Origin: Oscillospiraceae bacterium
GTDB taxonomy: Bacteria; Bacillota; Clostridia; Oscillospirales; Oscillospiraceae
Direction of reading: 5' to 3'
Assembly (NCBI GenBank): GCA_017482385.1
Contig: JAFUNI010000001.1
Span: 2,788 to 66,787, forward strand
DNA length: 64,000 bases
Position numbers and translations under genes: made by a program. Below the pieces are notes generated by a model. It was not told the origin of the DNA, did no database searches, and saw only the letters and a program-made list of their open reading frames with translations. Shown here piece by piece: positions 57,437 through 64,000 of this stretch; the stretch's first letter is position 1, and the number at the start of each line of letters is the position of its first letter.

Positions 57437-60079
57437 ATGAGAACAGACAATGTGCAGATGCTTACAGACACTTTGCAAATTTGTGAGCAGGGTTATTATC
57501 TACATAATGGCAGGAAAGTGAAACTGAAGCTTTCTCCTGCTGAGATGCGCAGCGTTCGCGTTTTTCTGCCAGATGAAATTGCGGCACTTGCGGAATATAA
57601 GGATTTTCAACATGTCCACGTCATCGGACGTTGTGGCCATGGCTGCGAGAATATGGATTCCTTTTCCCTTGCACGTAAGAGATATGAAGATTGCGGTTAC
57701 ATGTTTACCGGCAAGGATGCGAAGGAGATTCTTGTTCTAAATCTGGCGAACCCAGTGAATCCGGGCGGAGGTGTCCGTAGAGGAGCCAGAGCGCAGGAAG
57801 AGGATCTTTGCCGTAAGAGTTCTTTGCTGCTTTCCCTGGAAGGCAGAGCGGCGAGAGAATACTATGAATATAATAGAGCGCTTCACACCTACATGGGCTC
57901 CGATGCGATCATTATTACGCCCAAGGTAGAAATTATCAAAGACGAGAATGGGGAGCTTCTGGACGAGAGCGTAATTGTTGCGGTGATGACCTGTGCTGCG
58001 CCCTGCTTGACAAATGGCATGGAAGGCCTGACTCAAAAGCAGTATGAGGACATGGTATACAACCGTATCGTTGGAATGCTTCGCTGTGCGGCATACATGG
58101 GCTACAAGAATCTCGTCTTGGGAGCCTTCGGCTGCGGTGCCTTTGGCAATGATGCAAAAATCATGTCAGATCTCTTCTATCGTGCATTGAAGGAATTTGA
58201 CTTTGATGGCATGAAGGAAAAGGACATGTTCAGGAGAATTGATTTTGCGGTGTTGTCCAGAGGCCATGAGCAGTACAACTTCAAAGAGTTTTATCGGAAT
58301 TTTGGAGATAACAATTTCTACCGGGATGAGGATAACGCTGTAAAAATGCGTGCACTGGAACGCATTAAAGAGACTGAAAGGAACCTGGATAAGATCCGAG
58401 GCTCCTTGATCGGTGGTGCCATTGGCGACGCGCTTGGCTATCCGGTGGAATTCTTAAGCCGGGACATGATCGTTGAAAAGTATGGCGAACCCGGCATCAC
58501 AGAATACGAGCTTGATCGCAGGAGCGGGAAAGCGCTAATATCCGACGATACACAGATGACGCTTTTCACCGCAAATGGAATTCTTGTAGGAGAAACGCGG
58601 TTGTGCATGCGGGGAATTGGTGGAGTGCCTAGCGCCTATGTGCCGCAGTCCTATCAGGATTGGTTGACAACCCAGGAGGAGGATTACCAGACAGGAAAGC
58701 ATACCAAACGCTACAACCGCAATGGCGGTATTTCCTGGCTGCTGGATGTGCCTGAACTGTACAGCAGAAGAGCTCCTGGTAATACGTGCCTGTCTGCCTT
58801 GATAGAGGCACGGCAGAACCGGGGCGGCGGTGACTACATCGAGAATCCCAGAAACAGCAGCAAGGGCTGCGGCGGTATTATGAGAGTTGCGCCGCTGGGC
58901 ATCCACTATGGGAGTATACCCGTTGAAACCTTGGATAAAGAGGCAGCTGTGCTGTCTGCGATTACCCATGGCCATCCGCTGGGATATCTGCCGTCTGCAG
59001 TTTTAACACATATATTGAATCGGATTGTATTTCCCGGCGAACAGCATTTGATGCTCAAGGAGATTATCGTTGAGGCAAAGGAAACGGTCAGAAGGCTGTT
59101 CGAGGGAACAGAGTATGTGGATGAGCTTTGCGAGATTGTTGATAAGGCAATCGAGCTGGCTGAAAACGAAGACACTGACGTAAATAATATTAAGCGTTTA
59201 GGTGAAGGCTGGGTCGCAGAGGAAACACTGGCGATTGCAATCTATTGTGCTCTGCGCTATGAGCATGATTTTTCGGGTGGCATCATTGCTGCAGTTAACC
59301 ACGATGGAGATAGCGATTCAACAGGCGCAGTTGTAGGCAATATCCTTGGTGCGATCAATGGCTACGATGCAATTGAGTCTAAATGGAAGCAGAAGCTGGA
59401 GCTGCTGGAGGTTCTTTTAGAAATGTCTGCAGACCTTTGCCATGGCTGCCATATGAGCGAATATAGCACCTATCACGATGCGGATTGGGCCCGGAAGTAT
59501 ATGGATATGCATTGGAAGGATCCTGAGTGCGTTTTCTTCTGGCATGAGTATGATGTAAATGGGTGCTTTAGCAATTGGTATACAAGCCCCTTTGTTATTG
59601 ATGATTTCTGCTATGACCATGTGGAGCAGTATCTTATGGCACAGAAGGCAAAGCTGTTCCATGATGCGAGGGCGTATACGGCAATCTTAAAGGCAACAAA
59701 CCCGAAGGAATGTAAAAGACTTGGCCGAGAGGTGAAGCCCTTTGATGCAGCCACCTGGGACAAGGTTCGGTATAAGGTGCTGCTTGCTGGCGTCAGGGCG
59801 AAGTTCTCTCAGAATGAGGAACTGAAGAAAAAGCTCCTGGCTACCGGAAATGCCATCCTTGCAGAAGCAAGTCCCTATGATGATATCTTCGGTATTAAGC
59901 TGGATGCACATACTGCAGCTACAGTGCCCTGCGAGCAATGGCCTGGCAAGAATTTGTTGGGTAAGGCGTTGATGGAGGTAAGGGCCGAGCTGGCAGGAGA
60001 GACGCCGGTAGAAGATATTATTAATTCCTCTAGGTTAGATACTATCAACAGAATTTTGCGCAATGGAGAAACCTGCTAA
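57437..60079 (+). CDS. fusion of TIGR02452/PARG-type macrodomain + ADP-ribosylglycohydrolase (ARH/DraG) + NADAR
   Basis: LNLANPVNPGGG..GARAQEE and LGAFGCGAF; GAIGDALG, SDDTQMT, GCGGIMR, GDSDSTG; FSNWY...VEQYLMAQKA, EASPYD, GKNLLGKALMEVR. Confidence 0.9.
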   Translation: MRTDNVQMLTDTLQICEQGYYLHNGRKVKLKLSPAEMRSVRVFLPDEIAALAEYKDFQHVHVIGRCGHGCENMDSFSLARKRYEDCGYMFTGKDAKEILVLNLANPVNPGGGVRRGARAQEEDLCRKSSLLLSLEGRAAREYYEYNRALHTYMGSDAIIITPKVEIIKDENGELLDESVIVAVMTCAAPCLTNGMEGLTQKQYEDMVYNRIVGMLRCAAYMGYKNLVLGAFGCGAFGNDAKIMSDLFYRALKEFDFDGMKEKDMFRRIDFAVLSRGHEQYNFKEFYRNFGDNNFYRDEDNAVKMRALERIKETERNLDKIRGSLIGGAIGDALGYPVEFLSRDMIVEKYGEPGITEYELDRRSGKALISDDTQMTLFTANGILVGETRLCMRGIGGVPSAYVPQSYQDWLTTQEEDYQTGKHTKRYNRNGGISWLLDVPELYSRRAPGNTCLSALIEARQNRGGGDYIENPRNSSKGCGGIMRVAPLGIHYGSIPVETLDKEAAVLSAITHGHPLGYLPSAVLTHILNRIVFPGEQHLMLKEIIVEAKETVRRLFEGTEYVDELCEIVDKAIELAENEDTDVNNIKRLGEGWVAEETLAIAIYCALRYEHDFSGGIIAAVNHDGDSDSTGAVVGNILGAINGYDAIESKWKQKLELLEVLLEMSADLCHGCHMSEYSTYHDADWARKYMDMHWKDPECVFFWHEYDVNGCFSNWYTSPFVIDDFCYDHVEQYLMAQKAKLFHDARAYTAILKATNPKECKRLGREVKPFDAATWDKVRYKVLLAGVRAKFSQNEELKKKLLATGNAILAEASPYDDIFGIKLDAHTAATVPCEQWPGKNLLGKALMEVRAELAGETPVEDIINSSRLDTINRILRNGETC

Positions 60080-60099
60080 AGAAGGAAGGTGGACCAAGC

Positions 60100-62004
60100 A
60101 TGCTATGGTCAGAATTTTATGACGGATTTTGGGATTGGTCCGATTCTACGAGGAAATCCAGGATCTCATCGCTAGAAGATATTGGTTCTGGTGATGAGGT
60201 TGTAGATGCGATTTATGAAATCGAGGATCCAAAGATCCGCACACAGCTGATTCGCAAGGCAATAAAGCTAGGCGCAAAATTTACTACCGATGATTTCCAA
60301 AACCTTGAAGGTGAATTGCCTATTGAGGTTTATGAGGAGTTGGGCCGATACGCTGGCTTTGATGCAGATAATCCGACCTATGACAAGTCCGATACTTCAT
60401 GGTCTCATTTCTACGACAATTTCACAGAGTGGGATCCGGATACGCAGACTGCAACCATTAACGATCTGCAACAAATGGGCAAGCACGATGAGGTCGTGGA
60501 CGCCATACTCATTTTGGAAGATAATGAGCAGCGAGCTATATTGACGCGCAAGGCTATAGCTTTCAAGGTAAAGTTTACTCACGAAGATTTTGAGAATCTG
60601 CAGGATGAGTTGCCTGCTGAGGTTTACCGGGAGCTGGCAGCCTATACCGGACATTCTGTCGACTGTCCGGATTATGACAAGGACAACCACACGTGGAAGT
60701 ACTTCTATGAGAACTGCGGTGGTTGGACCGAGCAGATCCAGTTGGGCGCAATTGCTTCGTTGAAGACGATCGGTAGCCAGAAGCAGGTTATGGAAGCAAT
60801 TTTGGAACTGGAGACAGAGGCCCCGAAAATTGCACTGGTAGAGCTGGCTATCAAACGAAATATTGTTTTCTCGAGAGATAGTTTGCAGGAACTAGACGGC
60901 AGCCTTCCTGATGAAGTGTTTCAGCGGATTCTCCGGATAGCGGATGTTCCTGAGGATGACCTTTATTTCGATGAAGACAACATTGACTGGGATGATTTCT
61001 ATGGCAGCTACTCCGACTGGAACGACGAGGTTCTTCTTCGAAGGATCAAAAAGCTAAGAAGCTTTGGACCATCTGAAGAGGTCGCAGATGCAGTCCAATG
61101 CATGCCAAACGCTGAGGCCGAAGACCTTTTATACAAGAAAGCGGTTGCTGCAGGGGTACGTTTCACTGATGATGAAATGCTTGCTATGGGCAATCTTGTC
61201 GATGTCCTTAAGAGTGCGATTAACAACCTTGATGTGCCTTCAACACCAAGAAAAACAGTGGGTGCACCGATTCAACAAAAAGTGGTGACGCCGACACCGG
61301 GGAGAACGTATATGGGCTTAGAGAATACTGTTGTGGATATCCAGATATTGAACGTTGAGGACCACGGATCCAATGTGCTGGTAAACTATACCAAGGTATT
61401 TGGCAACGGTTCTAAGAAAACCTGCCGCACGCACGTTAGGGATCTTGGTGGATATTATAGATTCTTTTCTGCCAAGCCGATTGTCACTGCAGAATGCTTG
61501 GGTAAGGTCTACCTTGGCCTTATTAAGAGCGATGTTCGTATCCTCTTTATTGTGAAGCTCAATGATGGCTCAGCAGAACTGATCCAGGCGAAGGAAGGCT
61601 CTGAAGCAAGCCTAAAATTATTGCAGTTGAGTGAGGATACGGCTAATGGTACGGTATCTGCACCGGTTCCTCCTCCGCCTGCTCAGACAAGAAACGTTGA
61701 GCCCTACCAGCTGAAGAAAAATGAACTGCCGCAGGGTAGCTATCTTGTAGGTAGAGATATCCCAGCGGGAACCTATGACTTTTTCGTTGTGTATGGAAAT
61801 GGTGGCAGCTTTGATATTGCTAAGTACGATTCCAAGGGAGAGATCATCAACGGAACCTGGACATCCTTCTGGGTCGGTCTCAAAGAGGATTATGAAAAGC
61901 GGGAACTGATTCACATTTCCTGCCAGGAAGGCTACACAATTAAGATCAAGGGCAGTGTGATTCTAAAAATAGCAAGATCCCAAAGCGTCAAAATTGATCT
62001 TTGA
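60100..62004 (+). CDS. hypothetical protein with 98-aa tandem helical repeats and two C-terminal beta-rich domains
   Basis: W..FY...W...I..L...G...EV.DA repeated at aa 3, 101, 199 and 297; C-terminal GSYLVGRDIPAGTY. Confidence 0.8.
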   Translation: MLWSEFYDGFWDWSDSTRKSRISSLEDIGSGDEVVDAIYEIEDPKIRTQLIRKAIKLGAKFTTDDFQNLEGELPIEVYEELGRYAGFDADNPTYDKSDTSWSHFYDNFTEWDPDTQTATINDLQQMGKHDEVVDAILILEDNEQRAILTRKAIAFKVKFTHEDFENLQDELPAEVYRELAAYTGHSVDCPDYDKDNHTWKYFYENCGGWTEQIQLGAIASLKTIGSQKQVMEAILELETEAPKIALVELAIKRNIVFSRDSLQELDGSLPDEVFQRILRIADVPEDDLYFDEDNIDWDDFYGSYSDWNDEVLLRRIKKLRSFGPSEEVADAVQCMPNAEAEDLLYKKAVAAGVRFTDDEMLAMGNLVDVLKSAINNLDVPSTPRKTVGAPIQQKVVTPTPGRTYMGLENTVVDIQILNVEDHGSNVLVNYTKVFGNGSKKTCRTHVRDLGGYYRFFSAKPIVTAECLGKVYLGLIKSDVRILFIVKLNDGSAELIQAKEGSEASLKLLQLSEDTANGTVSAPVPPPPAQTRNVEPYQLKKNELPQGSYLVGRDIPAGTYDFFVVYGNGGSFDIAKYDSKGEIINGTWTSFWVGLKEDYEKRELIHISCQEGYTIKIKGSVILKIARSQSVKIDL

Positions 62005-62034
62005 CGGCATTACACCCGAGAAGGAGGTGGACTC

Positions 62035-62604
62035 ATGAGCTTTGACATTGATAATATTCCAATGCAGATTATCAGAAGCAACCGGAAGACAATTTCAATT
62101 GAACTGAAGCTGACCGGACTCGTTGTGCGAGCTCCGAACCAGATGAGCCAGCGTGAGATCCACACCTTCCTGACCAAGAAGAGCGCCTGGATTGAAAAAC
62201 ACTATAAGCGGTTGCAGGAACGGCAAGAACAGCTGCGACAAGTTGGGACTTTTACGGAAGAAGAAATTCGGGAATTGGCCCAAAGCGCTTTGGCTGTAAT
62301 TCCGGAAAAGGTACGGTACTATGCACCAATTGTCGGCGTCGATTACGGACGTATAACAATACGGAACCAGCGATCCAGATGGGGTAGCTGCTCCAGTAAA
62401 GGAAACCTGAATTTCAACTGTCTACTCATGCTGCTGCCGGATGATGTTATCGACAGCGTTGTTGTACATGAGCTGTGCCACAGAAAGCATATGGATCATT
62501 CGTCCAGCTTTTATGCGGAAGTGGAACGTGTTTTTCCAGAGTATCAGAAATGCCAGAAATGGCTTAAGGAAAACGGTAGTGCCTATCTCTGCCGTCTTCC
62601 TTAG
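62035..62604 (+). CDS. M48/YgjP (DUF45) metallopeptidase
   Basis: RSNRKTISI, IRNQRSRWGSCS, VVVHELCH..H.DHS..FY. Confidence 0.9.
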   Translation: MSFDIDNIPMQIIRSNRKTISIELKLTGLVVRAPNQMSQREIHTFLTKKSAWIEKHYKRLQERQEQLRQVGTFTEEEIRELAQSALAVIPEKVRYYAPIVGVDYGRITIRNQRSRWGSCSSKGNLNFNCLLMLLPDDVIDSVVVHELCHRKHMDHSSSFYAEVERVFPEYQKCQKWLKENGSAYLCRLP

Positions 62605-62618
62605 AAAGTAGGTAATGT

Positions 62619-64000
62619 ATGCCAAATCAATTTCTAACAAACTACACGGAGGTTACCTTCCTGGAGAAGATCAAGGATAGCCTTCGCCATTGTACAGCGT
62701 TCAATTTCTCGGTCAGCTTCATCAAGAAGGCTGGCCTGGTTTTGCTGTTCAAAGATATTGAGGCTGCGGTTGAACGCGGTGCCGTTGGACGCATTATTAC
62801 CTCTACTTATCAGAACTTTACGGATATTGAGTCCTTGAAAAGCTTCTTTGCACTCCAAAGCCGGTGTGAGAATTTCACCTGCCATCTGGATCACGAGTGT
62901 TTCCATGACAGCGGTTACATGACACTTGGTTATCATTCCAAGGGTTACCTCTTTGAGTATGATAACCGGTGTGAGGTCATTGTTGGCTCTTCCAATATTA
63001 CTCGGTATGCGTTGCTGAAGAATGTTGAGTGGGATATTGCTGTGTCCGAAGAGAAAACCTCCAAGGTTTTCGCAGAGGCAATGCATGAGTTTGAAGAGAA
63101 GTGGGCTGAGACGCATCCCCTGAATTTGGATATTATCAATCTGTATGCCAACAAGCTCAACTTTGCCATTGAACGGTGGGATATGGACTATGATTTACAT
63201 ACAGCAAATATTAAACCCAACTTCATGCAGCGGAAAGCGCTGAAGGAATTAAATCGTTACCGTGCGGTGGGAACAGCGAGAGCATTGGTGGTTGCTGCCG
63301 CTGGTTCCGGTAAAACTTATCTGGCTGCATTTGACGCGTTGAATTTCTCGCCAAAGCGCCTGCTTTATATCGTTCACGAGGGTTCTATCCTGAAGAAATC
63401 ACTGGAAACCTTCCAGGATGTCTTCGGTAATGCGGTAAGCTATGGTATCTTCAGTGGAGAGAGCAAGGAAATGGACGCAGACTTTGTGTTTGCGACGAAT
63501 ATTACGATGGCAAAGTCGCTGGAATTGTATCCTAAGGACTACTTTGATTACATCATCGTTGACGAATGCCACCATGCTACTGCTGAAACCTATCGTAGGA
63601 TTATTGGCTATTTCGAGCCGGAATTCCTGTTAGGCCTGACGGCAACACCGGAGCGCCTGGACAATCAGGATGTTTTCGATCTCTTTGACAAGAACGTTCC
63701 CTATGAGTTGCGGTTGCGGGATGCTATCATCAATGATCTGGTTGTCCCGTTCAAATACTATGGTATTCGTGATGAGCTTATTAACTACGGCCTAACTAAG
63801 AGTGAAGAACGCAAAATGGTGGCGCAGCTTGCAACTGCAGACCATTGTGATTTTATAACGAGAGAGATCGAGAAGCACCGTCCGGAGGGCAAGCTTAAAG
63901 CCTTGGCCTTCTGCCGCAATGTTACCCATGCTCGCATGATGTGCGAGACTATGGGCGATCGTTACAAGACCGCATATCTTACTGGCAAGAATGATATCGG
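62619..64000 (+). CDS. PLD-nuclease/SF2 helicase, SauUSI-like type IV restriction enzyme (truncated by the window end)
   Basis: Translated by hand from ATG 62619: SVSFIKKAG, HSKGYLF...GSSNIT (PLD), AAGSGKT, IIVDECHHA, LGLTATPER; open to the window edge, so absent from the ORF track. Confidence 0.85.
   Translation, partial: MPNQFLTNYTEVTFLEKIKDSLRHCTAFNFSVSFIKKAGLVLLFKDIEAAVERGAVGRIITSTYQNFTDIESLKSFFALQSRCENFTCHLDHECFHDSGYMTLGYHSKGYLFEYDNRCEVIVGSSNITRYALLKNVEWDIAVSEEKTSKVFAEAMHEFEEKWAETHPLNLDIINLYANKLNFAIERWDMDYDLHTANIKPNFMQRKALKELNRYRAVGTARALVVAAAGSGKTYLAAFDALNFSPKRLLYIVHEGSILKKSLETFQDVFGNAVSYGIFSGESKEMDADFVFATNITMAKSLELYPKDYFDYIIVDECHHATAETYRRIIGYFEPEFLLGLTATPERLDNQDVFDLFDKNVPYELRLRDAIINDLVVPFKYYGIRDELINYGLTKSEERKMVAQLATADHCDFITREIEKHRPEGKLKALAFCRNVTHARMMCETMGDRYKTAYLTGKNDI

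Larger units (their letters stand above)
9180..64000 (+). mobile_element. integrative conjugative element beginning at the lysS 3' end; right end outside the window
   Basis: Visible GC/codon shift after lysS; parAB, relaxase, mobC, VirD4, VirB4, VirB6, PrgI, CHAP, ArdC and defence cargo all co-oriented. No integrase in the window, so the boundaries and the membership of the defence cargo are inferred. Confidence 0.85.

Noticed and set aside
1-64000. CRISPR array, tRNA/rRNA, reverse transcriptase (retron/DGR/group II intron), integrase or IS transposase
   Set aside because: No regularly spaced repeat-spacer array, RNA gene or corresponding catalytic motif seen; the integrase is presumed to lie beyond the window

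Overview
Bases 1-9179 are high-GC Clostridia-type (Oscillospiraceae-like, inferred) chromosome: a PucR/CdaR regulator, ftsE-ftsX, two tandem M23 hydrolases, an S41 protease, a nested inverted-repeat element, greA and lysS. Right after the lysS stop the composition changes and a large integrative conjugative element (ICE) runs to the window end, entirely on the + strand. It carries a structured leader, parA/parB, a sortase-assembled pilus locus, a leading-region block (ArdC, toprim, YodL), oriT-mobC-MOBP relaxase and a Gram-positive T4SS (VirD4, Maff2, VirB6, PrgI, VirB4, CHAP). It then has a short cargo block and a tightly packed defence cluster of more than 21 kb: Xre, Ser/Thr kinase, type I R-M, EVE-McrBC, ankyrin protein, WYL regulator, PARG-ARH-NADAR fusion, 98-aa repeat protein, M48 protease and a truncated PLD-helicase. 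No integrase, CRISPR, tRNA or rRNA was seen. The best novelty candidates are (1) a shared C-terminal [DE]-R-x-[DE]-[AVS]-R tail on many cytoplasmic ICE proteins, possibly a T4SS co-transfer signal, (2) one protein fusing three unrelated ADP-ribose-removing folds, and (3) a multi-stem leader RNA heading a conjugation region that contains internal terminators. All family assignments come from motif recognition by eye; no database searches were run.
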